Of a DNA stretch of 64,000 nucleotides, positions 10,226-19,670 are shown in pieces (the first letter of the stretch is position 1; the number at the start of each line of letters is the position of its first letter). The notes beneath the pieces were generated by a model. That model had not been told where the DNA came from and did no database searches. It saw nothing but the letters and a program-made list of their open reading frames with translations. The position numbers and the translations under genes were made by a program. Source of the stretch: an uncultured Streptococcus sp. (lineage in GTDB: Bacteria > Bacillota > Bacilli > Lactobacillales > Streptococcaceae); NCBI GenBank assembly GCA_963534275.1, contig CAUSRF010000001.1:560-64559 (forward strand), in the 5' to 3' direction.

Positions 10226-10651
10226 ATGAAAGATAAAACTATTAAAATTGATTTGTCAAAAATTGCAAATACAGCCTTACAAGAAAAGGTTGACAAAGAA
10301 CTTGAAAAAGTCCTTGAGAATATTCTGGATCTCAATACAAAAGCCAAAGCAACCCGCAAGGTTACTATCACACTAACGATGTCAACAGATGATGAGCGTA
10401 CAGTCGTTAAGACAGGTATGGAAGTCAAATCTACTTTAGCACCGCAGAAAGGTGTCGCAACAACTGTCATTGTCGGTCGTGACGACACTGGTAAAATTCA
10501 TGCTAACGAGCTCAAAAGTGGCATTCCTGGTCAGACTTACTTTGATGACAATGGAGACATGAGAACTGACACTGGCGATCTTATTGAAAAAGTGGAACAG
10601 CAGGAAAAATCTAAAATTATTGATTACAATCAAAAGAAAGCAGGTAACTAA
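10226..10651 (+). CDS. Conserved phage replication-module protein
   Basis: ENILDLNTKAKATRKVTITL motif; AAGGAG RBS. Confidence 0.7.
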   Translation: MKDKTIKIDLSKIANTALQEKVDKELEKVLENILDLNTKAKATRKVTITLTMSTDDERTVVKTGMEVKSTLAPQKGVATTVIVGRDDTGKIHANELKSGIPGQTYFDDNGDMRTDTGDLIEKVEQQEKSKIIDYNQKKAGN

Positions 10652-10653
10652 CC

Positions 10654-11391
10654 ATGACAGAAAATCTCAAAGAAGCATTATCTTACACAGTCGAACTAGC
10701 GGGTAAAGAAAACAAAATCATTCGTTCAGAAACTGGGAAGGAATATTTTGACAGCAATGAATATGACTTACAGGAACTTAATCCTCGTAAGTACGCACCT
10801 ATCCTTGAGCTTCAGACACTCAAAAGTCTAGTTGACTATCTCAAGTCAGATAACGATTTCATCAGTGATCGTAAACTTGTAGTTGTCGTGGACAGTTGTC
10901 AAAAAGTATCTGTATATGATCAAGTTGATTTTGAAAATGGTAAACGTCCTCAACTTGTTTCTGTAAGAGCATCTGTCCCAGTTATTCCATTCAGCAATTG
11001 GCGTGACCAGGAAGAATTCAACATTATGCTGCAGTCTATGTTTATCAATGATGCAGACCGTAATTTGGTTTTGGATTTTGCTAGCCATTTGAAAATCGAA
11101 AAATGTGCAGAAGTACAGGACAATGGCATCAGTCAAATGGCTACAGTTCGCGATGGTGTGGCAAGCTTAGCACAAGCTAAGACTCCAAATCCAGTAACCT
11201 TGCGACCATATCGTACTTTCAACGAAGTAGAGCAGCCTGCTAGTCAATTCGTCTTCCGCATCAACAAATTGGCGAACCTTGCGCTCTTTGAAGCAGATGG
11301 GGGTAAATGGAAATTAGAAGCCGTCGAAAGCATCGCAAATTATTTAAAAAATGAACTTGCTAGCAACAAAAAAATTACTATTTTAGCTTAA
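10654..11391 (+). CDS. Conserved phage protein
   Basis: LRPYRTFNEVEQP and LFEADGGKW motifs; coupled to previous gene. Confidence 0.7.
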   Translation: MTENLKEALSYTVELAGKENKIIRSETGKEYFDSNEYDLQELNPRKYAPILELQTLKSLVDYLKSDNDFISDRKLVVVVDSCQKVSVYDQVDFENGKRPQLVSVRASVPVIPFSNWRDQEEFNIMLQSMFINDADRNLVLDFASHLKIEKCAEVQDNGISQMATVRDGVASLAQAKTPNPVTLRPYRTFNEVEQPASQFVFRINKLANLALFEADGGKWKLEAVESIANYLKNELASNKKITILA

Positions 11392-11404
11392 AGGAGAAAT
11401 CAAC

Positions 11405-11959
11405 ATGACACAACAATACAACAACTTTGATCACGAAATTGGTTGGGAAGATACGATCGAAAAAGACTCGGATTTCGTCCTCTTGCCTGACGGCTTGTAC
11501 CATTTTACAGTCGTTGGCATGGAACGTACACGCCACACGCCGAATCCGCAAAATCCAGGGAAACTACCAGCGTGTAATAAGGCTATCGTCAGCCTCAAAA
11601 TCGTGGCAAACGAAGGTGAAACAGAACTGCGCCACAATCTATTCTTACATAGCTCAACCGAAGGAATGCTATCTGCTTTCTTTGCTGCAATTGGCCAAAA
11701 GAAAAAGGGCGAACCGCTTCGCATGAACTGGAATACCATCATCGGTGCAAGTGGAGTATGTAAAGTCGGAACCCGACAATACAATAACAACAATTACAAC
11801 GAAGTCAAATCCATGCTCTACCCTGAAGACGTGGATTATACAAAAGTGTTGAACCAACAACCAGGACAAGTTACACAAGCAAGCTACCAACAACCACAAC
11901 CGCAGAACTTTGGCCAACAACCACAAGGACAAGCTGGATACCAAGCTGGGCAATTCTAG
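11405..11959 (+). CDS. DUF669-like single-stranded DNA-binding protein
   Basis: LLPDGLYHFTV start; Gln-rich tail ending in F; follows Sak4-like gene. Confidence 0.7.
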   Translation: MTQQYNNFDHEIGWEDTIEKDSDFVLLPDGLYHFTVVGMERTRHTPNPQNPGKLPACNKAIVSLKIVANEGETELRHNLFLHSSTEGMLSAFFAAIGQKKKGEPLRMNWNTIIGASGVCKVGTRQYNNNNYNEVKSMLYPEDVDYTKVLNQQPGQVTQASYQQPQPQNFGQQPQGQAGYQAGQF

Positions 11960-11969
11960 GAGGTAAGGG

Positions 11970-13553
11970 ATGCAATTAAGACCTTATCAACAGGAAGCAC
12001 GGGAAGCTGTTCAAGCTGAATGGGCTAAAGGTCGCAAGCGCACGCTCTTAGTATTGCCTACAGGATGTGGAAAGACAATCGTCTTCTCCAAAATCATTGA
12101 AGACCAAGTGAAAGAGGGCAAGCGTGTGCTTGTCCTTGCTCATAGGTCAGAGCTTTTAGAGCAGGCTAGCGACAAGCTCAAGACTGCGACAGGACTCGGC
12201 ACGGCCTTAGAAAAAGCTGAGAATACCTCTATCGGTTCATGGTATCGTGTTGTAGTTGGTTCTGTTCAGACGATGCAGAGAGAGAAGCGACTTAGTCAAT
12301 TTCCTCCTGACTGGTTCGATACGATTGTGGTTGACGAAGCTCATCACGCTATTTCAGACGGTTATCAACGTGTCCTTGGTTATTTTGAACAATCGAATGT
12401 ATTGGGAGTAACTGCAACGCCTGACCGCGGAGATATGAAGAACCTTGGTTCTTACTTCGACAGCTTAGCTTATGAGTATTCGCTAGTTCAAGCTATCCAG
12501 GAAGGGTATCTATCTAAAATTAAGGCCTTGACAATACCGCTCAGCTTGGATTTAACAAACGTCAGTATGTCAGCTGGTGATTTCAAAGCGAGCGATGTCG
12601 GAACGGCACTGGATCCATATCTGGAACAGATAGCAGATGAAATGGCCAAGCAATGTGCAGACCGCAAGACAGTTGTATTCTTACCCTTGGTAAAAACTTC
12701 GCAGAAGTTTCGCGACATCCTAAACGCAAAAGGTTTTCGCGCTGCTGAAGTCAACGGAGAGTCCAAGGACCGTGCAGAAGTCTTAGAAGACTTCGAGAAT
12801 GACCGCTACAACGTTCTTTGTAACTCTATGCTCTTGACTGAAGGTTGGGATTGCCCATCAGTAGACTGTGTAGTTGTGCTAAGACCTACTAAGGTGCGAG
12901 CGCTCTATTCTCAAATGGTGGGGCGTGGGACTCGCTTGCATCCAGGAAAGGAAGAATTGCTCTTGCTAGACTTCCTCTGGCATACTGAACGCCACGAACT
13001 ATGCCGGCCAGCTCACTTAATCTGTGAGACTCCAGAAGTTGCTCAGAAAATGGTTGAGAACATGGAAGAGCAAACTGGTGTTATGCTTGACCTCGAAGAT
13101 ATGGAAGTCAAGGCAACCGAGGACGTCGTCGCACAGCGTGAGGAGGCTTTGGCAAAACAATTGGAAGAAATGCGCAAGCGTAAACGCAAGTTAATGGATC
13201 CATTGCAATTTGAAATGTCTATCCATGCTGAAGACTTGTCGAACTATGTGCCCAATTTTGGATGGGAAATGGCGCCTGCTAGTGACAAGCAAATTAAAGC
13301 GCTTGAGAAATACGGCATACTTCCTGATGAAATCGGGAATGCTGGAAAGGCTGCTTTATATTTAGACAGATTGCACAAGCGACAATCAGAAGGCCTGACC
13401 ACACCAAAACAAATTCGATTCTTAGAAGGTCGAGGTTTCAAAGATGTTGGCATGTGGCAATTTGATCACGCTAGAAATATGATTGATCGAATAGCAGCGA
13501 ACGGCTGGAGATTACCAGCAGGCGTTCGACCAGCTGAATATATACCGGGGTGA
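11970..13553 (+). CDS. SF2 (DEAH) helicase
   Basis: PTGCGKT, DEAHH, TAT, QMVGRGTR. Confidence 0.93.
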   Translation: MQLRPYQQEAREAVQAEWAKGRKRTLLVLPTGCGKTIVFSKIIEDQVKEGKRVLVLAHRSELLEQASDKLKTATGLGTALEKAENTSIGSWYRVVVGSVQTMQREKRLSQFPPDWFDTIVVDEAHHAISDGYQRVLGYFEQSNVLGVTATPDRGDMKNLGSYFDSLAYEYSLVQAIQEGYLSKIKALTIPLSLDLTNVSMSAGDFKASDVGTALDPYLEQIADEMAKQCADRKTVVFLPLVKTSQKFRDILNAKGFRAAEVNGESKDRAEVLEDFENDRYNVLCNSMLLTEGWDCPSVDCVVVLRPTKVRALYSQMVGRGTRLHPGKEELLLLDFLWHTERHELCRPAHLICETPEVAQKMVENMEEQTGVMLDLEDMEVKATEDVVAQREEALAKQLEEMRKRKRKLMDPLQFEMSIHAEDLSNYVPNFGWEMAPASDKQIKALEKYGILPDEIGNAGKAALYLDRLHKRQSEGLTTPKQIRFLEGRGFKDVGMWQFDHARNMIDRIAANGWRLPAGVRPAEYIPG

Positions 13554-13556
13554 TGT

Positions 13557-14306
13557 ATGAAATATGAATTATTTAACGACCATTTTGAAAATGCTAAACG
13601 TTACAATATACCACGGGCGCAGTTGATTATTGCTGATATACCTTATAATCTTGGAAACAATGCTTATGCCTCTGACCCTAGATGGTATAAAGACGGTGAT
13701 AACAAAAACGGTGAAAGCAAGCTGGCTGGTAAATCATTCTTTGACACGGACAATGATTTTAAAATCAATAACTTTTTCGACTTTTGCAGCCGTTTGCTTA
13801 AAAAAGAGCCAAAAGAAAAAGGGAAAGCACCTGCTATGATTGTCTTTCATGCCTGGCAACAGCGAGACATGATTATAGAATGTGGTAAAAAGCATGGTTT
13901 TAATAATGCTTATCCGCTCTATTTTACGAAGAAATCAAGTCCGCAAGTGTTAAAAGCGAACATGAAGATTGTCGGAGCAGTTGAAGAAGCAACGGTATTA
14001 TATCGTGACAAACTCCCTAAATTTAACAATGGTGGGGCTATGATACTCAATCACGCCCCGTGGGAAAAAGATAGCTCTTACCCCGTTATTCACCCTACGC
14101 AAAAACCGATACCAGTTTTGAAGCGATTGATTGAAATTTTTACAGATGAGGGTGATGTTGTCATTGATCCCGTAGCAGGTTCTGGTTCAACTTTAAGGGC
14201 TGCTATAGAGATGAATAGGTCAGCCTATGGCTTTGAAATCAAGAAAGATTTTTATAAGGCTGCACAGGAGAAAATGCTCTCAACCTTTCAAATTAGTTTA
14301 TTTTAA
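13557..14306 (+). CDS. Orphan N4/N6 DNA methyltransferase (beta-class motif order)
   Basis: DIPY catalytic motif, HPTQKP, DPVAGSGST SAM motif; no restriction partner. Confidence 0.88.
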   Translation: MKYELFNDHFENAKRYNIPRAQLIIADIPYNLGNNAYASDPRWYKDGDNKNGESKLAGKSFFDTDNDFKINNFFDFCSRLLKKEPKEKGKAPAMIVFHAWQQRDMIIECGKKHGFNNAYPLYFTKKSSPQVLKANMKIVGAVEEATVLYRDKLPKFNNGGAMILNHAPWEKDSSYPVIHPTQKPIPVLKRLIEIFTDEGDVVIDPVAGSGSTLRAAIEMNRSAYGFEIKKDFYKAAQEKMLSTFQISLF

Positions 14307-14320
14307 AAAAGGAGAAAACA

Positions 14321-16588
14321 GTGGCAGAGAATGATTTTAATTTGTTGCCGTTGCTGGATTACATCAATCCTGCCACGGTAGACTACCAGACATGGATAAA
14401 TGTGGGCATGGCCTTAAAACACGAAGGCTACACGGCATCTGACTGGGATAACTGGTCACAAAATGATAGTCGATACAAGAAATTCGAGTGTTTCAAGAAA
14501 TGGGATACCTTCAACGAGGAAGCAGGAACTATCGTGACGGGTGCGACTATTACCCAACTTGCAAAAGAAAACGGTTGGGTGTCGCAGTCTAGCTATGATA
14601 GCGAGAATACGCATGAGTTAGGATGGACCGATACAATAGACCGTGATTATCGTGTCATTGATAAAGACTGGATTGAAGGTAAAGAAATCCATGAGCCGAC
14701 AATTTGGAATCCGGTTCAGGAGATTATCAAATACCTTGAAACACTTTTTGAAGCTGGCGAAAATGTAGGTTATGTGACCAAATGCTACCAAAAAACTGAC
14801 GCTGAAACTGGCGAGATTGTCAAATGGCTACCAACTAAGGGAGCTTACGACCGCACAGCTGGGGAATTGATTCAACTCTTACAAGAATGTAATGGAGATA
14901 TTGGAGCTGTCCTTGGTGACTATCACGAAGAAGCTGGCGCATGGATCCGATTCAATCCAATGGATGGGAAAGGTGCTAAGAATGAAAACGTGACAGATTT
15001 TCGCTATGCTTTGGTAGAATCCGACAGTATGCCAATTGACAAGCAGAACGCCATTTATAAAGAGTTGGAGTTGCCGATTGCAGCCTTAGTTCACAGCGGG
15101 AATAAGTCGCTACATGCTATCGTCAAAGTAGATGCCAAGAATTACGAAGAGTATCGTAATCGTGTTGATTATCTTTATAAAATTTGTCAGAAGAATGGAA
15201 TCATAGTTGATACTCAAAATAAAAATCCAAGCAGACTTTCGCGTATGCCGGGTTTTATCCGAAATGGCCAGAAGCAATTCTTAGTAGATACCAACATTGG
15301 TAAGGCCGATTGGGACGAATGGTATCAGTACATTGAAGACTTGAACGATGATCTGCCTGATCCTGAAGGATTGGCCGACAGTTGGGATAACTTGCCAGAG
15401 TTAGCTCCTGAGTTGATAAAAGGCGTCCTTCGTCAAGGCCACAAGATGCTGATTGCTGGTCCGTCCAAGGCTGGTAAGTCATTCGCTTTGATTGAGATGT
15501 CGATAGCGATTGCAGAGGGCAAGAAGTGGCTAGGCTGGGATTGTACGCAAGGGCGTGTCCTCTATGTCAATTTGGAGCTAGATAGACCGTCTGCCTTGCA
15601 TCGTTTCAGCGATGTCTACCATGCAATGGGATTGGCTCCGCAAAATATCAACAACATCGATATCTGGAATCTACGTGGGAAGACCGTACCGATGGACAAG
15701 CTAGCACCTAAACTCATTCGTCGAGCTTTGAAGAAGAATTATATCGCAGTCATCATCGACCCGATCTATAAGGTATTGACCGGTGACGAGAATAGTGCAG
15801 ACCAGATGGCACATTTTACGAATCAATTTGATAAAGTGGCCACAGAGTTAGGTTCTAGCGTTATCTACTGCCATCATCATTCTAAAGGTTCGCAAGGCGG
15901 CAAGAAGTCCATGGACCGCGCTAGCGGTTCGGGTGTATTCGCTCGAGATCCTGATGCGCTTATTGACCTAGTTGAGCTGGAAGTGTCAGAGGAATTACTT
16001 ACTCAGAGACTGAATCAGGCAGCGTGCGAAGTATACAAACAGGCTTTGCAAGAGCGAAACAATGCCTACTATCAGCAGAATGTAGGCCTAGATGACCTCT
16101 TGAGTCCTGCGCAGATGAGAACGCACTTCGAGAAAGGTATTCCTGATGTCATGGCTCGCGCTCCGTATGTAGACAAGCTCGAAGAAGTCCGTAACAAGAT
16201 CCAGATAGCGACCGCATGGCGTGTCGAGGGCACGCTCCGAGAGTTTGCCAAGTTCAAGCCAGTCAATATGTGGTTCAGCTATCCAGTACACGCGCTTGAT
16301 GAAACAGGCGTGCTTGCGGATATTAAGCTGGACGATGATAAACCGAGCTGGCAAAGAGCTAAAGAAACTCGCAAAAAGAATGCGAAGGAAGATAAAAAGC
16401 AAAAGCTGATAGAGTTTGATGAAGCGATTGAAAATGCAAATTACGGTGAACCACCATCGAAAGAGGATGTGGCCGATTATTTAGGTATAACAGTTAGGAC
16501 TGTCGAAAGACGAATAAAAACATCTAAAAAATACCAAATAGATAAAAATACAGGCAATATTATCCCTGTAATAAAATCAGCGACATAA
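14321..16588 (+). CDS. Primase-helicase (PriCT-like N-terminus, RepA/AAA helicase)
   Basis: WINVGMALK, HSGNKSLH, GPSKAGKS, IIDP, HHHSKG; GTG start. Confidence 0.85.
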   Translation: MAENDFNLLPLLDYINPATVDYQTWINVGMALKHEGYTASDWDNWSQNDSRYKKFECFKKWDTFNEEAGTIVTGATITQLAKENGWVSQSSYDSENTHELGWTDTIDRDYRVIDKDWIEGKEIHEPTIWNPVQEIIKYLETLFEAGENVGYVTKCYQKTDAETGEIVKWLPTKGAYDRTAGELIQLLQECNGDIGAVLGDYHEEAGAWIRFNPMDGKGAKNENVTDFRYALVESDSMPIDKQNAIYKELELPIAALVHSGNKSLHAIVKVDAKNYEEYRNRVDYLYKICQKNGIIVDTQNKNPSRLSRMPGFIRNGQKQFLVDTNIGKADWDEWYQYIEDLNDDLPDPEGLADSWDNLPELAPELIKGVLRQGHKMLIAGPSKAGKSFALIEMSIAIAEGKKWLGWDCTQGRVLYVNLELDRPSALHRFSDVYHAMGLAPQNINNIDIWNLRGKTVPMDKLAPKLIRRALKKNYIAVIIDPIYKVLTGDENSADQMAHFTNQFDKVATELGSSVIYCHHHSKGSQGGKKSMDRASGSGVFARDPDALIDLVELEVSEELLTQRLNQAACEVYKQALQERNNAYYQQNVGLDDLLSPAQMRTHFEKGIPDVMARAPYVDKLEEVRNKIQIATAWRVEGTLREFAKFKPVNMWFSYPVHALDETGVLADIKLDDDKPSWQRAKETRKKNAKEDKKQKLIEFDEAIENANYGEPPSKEDVADYLGITVRTVERRIKTSKKYQIDKNTGNIIPVIKSAT

Positions 16589-16796
16589 CCGTAAAATTCT
16601 GGTCGTGTCCTAATAGCGACAGCACTATAAAAATACGGTGTTGTCGTTGTCGCGACAGAACCATAAAATACGGTAGTGTCGTGCGACAGACAACTATATA
16701 TTATATATATAGATAATGTCCTGTCGTCCATCATGTCCATACCTGTATAGACAGGGTTGCTTAAAACGCACCCTGTCATATACAAGGATCATGGAC
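16580..16796. repeat. Putative phage replication origin
   Basis: GCGACA at 16580, 16616, 16652, 16683; AAAATACGGT twice; AT palindrome 16694-16712; GACAGGGT/ACCCTGTC stem. Confidence 0.6.
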
Positions 16797-16838
16797 TAAA
16801 AGCGAAATTTAAAAAAGAAAGGAAGTGCATTTATAAAA

Positions 16839-17240
16839 ATGTCTATTGAATTCTTTTTATCGATGCAAAAAATTCCGACTACGACTCACCAGCAAAAAAA
16901 GGTAAACGTGCAATTTGGTAAGCCAATCTTTTATGAGCCAGAGGATCTGAAAAATGCCAGGGCGAAATTTGAGAGCTTGCTTGCCCAGCATGTGCCTCCT
17001 GATAAATTTAAAGGAGCCGTTCGACTGACAGTCAAGTGGTGCTTTCCTCGTATCAAAAGAAGCTACGATGGCCAGTACAAGACCACAAAGCCCGATACAG
17101 ATAATCTGCAGAAGCTACTTAAGGATTGCATGACAAAACTTGGCTATTGGCAAGATGATGCACAAGTGGCCAGCGAGATTGTTGAAAAGTTTTGGGCGGA
17201 CACAGTCGGGATCTATATCAAGATTGAGGAATTGCCATGA
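16839..17240 (+). CDS. RusA-family Holliday junction resolvase
   Basis: KPDTDNLQKLLKD..DDAQV motif. Confidence 0.88.
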   Translation: MSIEFFLSMQKIPTTTHQQKKVNVQFGKPIFYEPEDLKNARAKFESLLAQHVPPDKFKGAVRLTVKWCFPRIKRSYDGQYKTTKPDTDNLQKLLKDCMTKLGYWQDDAQVASEIVEKFWADTVGIYIKIEELP

Positions 17241-17464
17241 AAATCAATTATATTGATTTCTTCAGCAGAGTTATTCCGGAATGGATGGCGCGCAGCAATC
17301 AGAAGAGCCAAGAGGTTGGTTTTGGTTCGGATGCCTATTGGCTGTGGGCAGTGTCGTCGATTAGCGAAATTTGTAAACAATACAATGATGATGAGCTGGT
17401 GACGGAGCAGTTCGGTCTGCTCTTTAATTGGCTAGAAAAACAAGCAGGAGGAGTTGGAAAATGA
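17237..17464 (+). CDS. Hypothetical phage protein
   Basis: ATGA coupling; GAGG RBS. Confidence 0.65.
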   Translation: MKINYIDFFSRVIPEWMARSNQKSQEVGFGSDAYWLWAVSSISEICKQYNDDELVTEQFGLLFNWLEKQAGGVGK

Positions 17465-17988
17465 ATAAGCAGGAATTGATAAAAAAATACGAGATGAAGG
17501 GAGAACAACTTAAAGAGTTTCCAGTTGTTGCAATTGGAGATGTTTTAAAGAATCTTCGAGAACTAGACGAACCCGAAAAAGTCAAAGTTCCGCAGTTTGT
17601 GGCGGATTGGTATGAAGAGAATAAGGATGATTTTGAAGGGAATTTGTTTCGATGTGTCCATAATATTACATCGATTTTTGACGGTGCTAAACTTAATGAG
17701 TTTGAAAAGTGGTTTCTAATTGCTAGCACAAAATCATTTCAGACTCTCGTCAACATGCACCAGTTTGGCTACGAGGTCGAGAAAGAGAAGCGGTATATTG
17801 TGAGATTGAAAAATATTCGAGAAGATCACGAAACTTTGAACTGCGAAAAACATTCAAAAATATGGAATTTTTCAAGTGAAGAAGAAACCACACTTTATAA
17901 AACAAAACACACCCGCAAAGAACTAGAAGAAGCTGGGTTCGGCTGGGTATTCGATTGTCCAGGAATCAAGATCGAGGAGGTGGAGTGA
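17461..17988 (+). CDS. DUF1642-like protein
   Basis: KVKVPQFVADW, GYEVEKEKRY, ELEEAGFGWVF. Confidence 0.75.
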   Translation: MNKQELIKKYEMKGEQLKEFPVVAIGDVLKNLRELDEPEKVKVPQFVADWYEENKDDFEGNLFRCVHNITSIFDGAKLNEFEKWFLIASTKSFQTLVNMHQFGYEVEKEKRYIVRLKNIREDHETLNCEKHSKIWNFSSEEETTLYKTKHTRKELEEAGFGWVFDCPGIKIEEVE

Positions 17989-18188
17989 TGAGTTATGAGT
18001 GTTCGAATTGTTGCAAAGAAATCGAAGATGAGTTTCTGGTAGTGCAAGAGAATCATGTTATTCTTGCGTTATTTAACGATGTTGAAAATTGTTTTTGTAG
18101 TCAGCAATGTGTCAACGATTTCTTGATGATTGAATCTAAATACTTATCAAATGGAGACATACCATACGATGAAGAAGAGGTGGAGTGA
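17988..18188 (+). CDS. Small Cys-rich hypothetical protein
   Basis: CSNC..FCSQQC; TGATG coupling. Confidence 0.6.
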   Translation: MSYECSNCCKEIEDEFLVVQENHVILALFNDVENCFCSQQCVNDFLMIESKYLSNGDIPYDEEEVE

Positions 18189-18352
18189 TGGATAAGGTCC
18201 AAGGTGTTTGGTGTCCTAGTTGTCACGAATTTCGTAAACTACAGGATCTTAATAAATCAAGTTTCAGTAAAGAATTCGACCTATACGAGTGTAATAATCA
18301 ACTGCATTCAATGGTTATACTACTAATTGTGAAGAAGGAGACAACCGAATGA
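18188..18352 (+). CDS. Small hypothetical protein (54 aa, CPSC)
   Basis: Manual translation MDKVQGVWCPSCHEF..KKETTE*; translationally coupled at both ends; below ORF-track cutoff. Confidence 0.6.
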   Translation: MDKVQGVWCPSCHEFRKLQDLNKSSFSKEFDLYECNNQLHSMVILLIVKKETTE

Positions 18353-18609
18353 AAAGATTTATCGCAATCTGGATTCTGCTGTCTGCTGGATTGAACATCT
18401 GGCAGATGGACAGGATTCGAGATTTGGAAGAAAAGCGACCGATTACCATCTATAAGGCTGATAACGCAGGCGCAGAAATAAAAGGCAGAGTCGTTCATAA
18501 GGAAAAAATTGGCGACCTGCATACAATTACACTACAAAACTATGGCATTTTTGTAGTCACGCAAACAAGCTACGAATCATTAAGGATTGGAGATGAGGTG
18601 AGGTTATGA
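18349..18609 (+). CDS. DUF1372-like protein
   Basis: IYKADNAGAEI..GIFVVT..YESLRIGDEV; N-terminal TM. Confidence 0.7.
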   Translation: MKRFIAIWILLSAGLNIWQMDRIRDLEEKRPITIYKADNAGAEIKGRVVHKEKIGDLHTITLQNYGIFVVTQTSYESLRIGDEVRL

Positions 18610-18663
18610 TACCAAAATTTAGGGCGTGGGATAAACTAAGGAATTTTTGGAGGTAAGCGATTG
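18606..18663 (+). pseudogene. YopX-family gene remnant (internal deletion)
   Basis: MIPKFRAWDK N-terminus joined out of frame to EFLEVSD* C-terminus. Confidence 0.6.
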
Positions 18664-19071
18664 ACGATAAATATTAAACAACGACTAAAGGCCTTACAGT
18701 ACATTGATATCAAAGCGAAGTCGAAACACCAGGAAATCATCAGCCTGAAATCGAGCATTTTGCGAGGGCAGCAGTTTAACAATATGCCAAAGTCAGAAAA
18801 CTCGTCTAATCGCTCTGAAGAATTGAATGTGCTGATTATTGATAAATCGGAACAGCTGTATCAGGAAATCCAAGAACTTTATCAAGAACGAGACGAGCTT
18901 GTGCAAGTGATTGAGTCATTAGACGACCCTGTGGAAAATATTATCATGCGCTTGTTGTACATTGATGGATTGTCATGGAGTCAAATTCAGGCTCAGTTAC
19001 GTTGCGGGCGCGGAACGATTCATCGGGCTAGAGAGAGCGCTTTGAAAAAAATTTCTAAAAAATGGAACTAA
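18661..19071 (+). CDS. Late-gene transcriptional activator (ArpU/RinA-like)
   Basis: C-terminal sigma4-like HTH (LLYIDGLSWSQI..TIHRARESAL); last gene before terS. Confidence 0.75.
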   Translation: MTINIKQRLKALQYIDIKAKSKHQEIISLKSSILRGQQFNNMPKSENSSNRSEELNVLIIDKSEQLYQEIQELYQERDELVQVIESLDDPVENIIMRLLYIDGLSWSQIQAQLRCGRGTIHRARESALKKISKKWN

Positions 19072-19202
19072 TGGAACTCTTTGGAATTTTTAAAGTGATA
19101 TTATGGTATTGTCAAGAAAATGAAAGCAAAACGTTTTTATGAGGACTCCTAGAAAAAAGGCGCATACACGCGTCTTTTTTTGTTATAAAAAATAAGGTGG
19201 TG

Positions 19203-19670
19203 ATGGAAAATGGGATGACTGAAAAACAAAAGATTTTTGCCGATGAGTACATCATCTGCTTAAATGCAACGCAGGCTTATAAAAAAGCCTATCCAAATAT
19301 TAAAAAGGATGAGGTAGCAAAAGCTGCAGGAAGCAGACTGTTAACTAATGTTAACGTCAAATCCTATATAGAAGAGCGATTGGAAGAGTTGAAATCCGAG
19401 CGTGTAGCAGACCAGCAGGAAGTCCTAGAGTTCCTCACTTCTGTGATGCGCGGTGAAGTTACGGAACCACTGCTTGTTTTAGACGGAGAAGGCACTCAAC
19501 GTGTCGTAGAGGCAAAGCCTAATGTATCAACTCGTAAGAGTGCTGCTGTTGATTTAGGCAAGCGATATGGTCTGTTTACCGAGAAAGTAGATATCAATGC
19601 TACAGTTACCGAGACTAAGAAGTTTGACGATATCGTTAGTCAGTTGGGCGGTGATGGACTTGACGAATAG
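19203..19670 (+). CDS. terS: Terminase small subunit
   Basis: TEKQKIFADEY..NATQAYKKAY; EVLEFLTSVMRGE. Confidence 0.9.
   Translation: MENGMTEKQKIFADEYIICLNATQAYKKAYPNIKKDEVAKAAGSRLLTNVNVKSYIEERLEELKSERVADQQEVLEFLTSVMRGEVTEPLLVLDGEGTQRVVEAKPNVSTRKSAAVDLGKRYGLFTEKVDINATVTETKKFDDIVSQLGGDGLDE

Noticed and set aside
16580..16700. Mini-CRISPR reading of 36-bp periodic repeats
   Set aside because: Shared core only 6-10 bp and intervening sequences resemble each other; origin is more parsimonious
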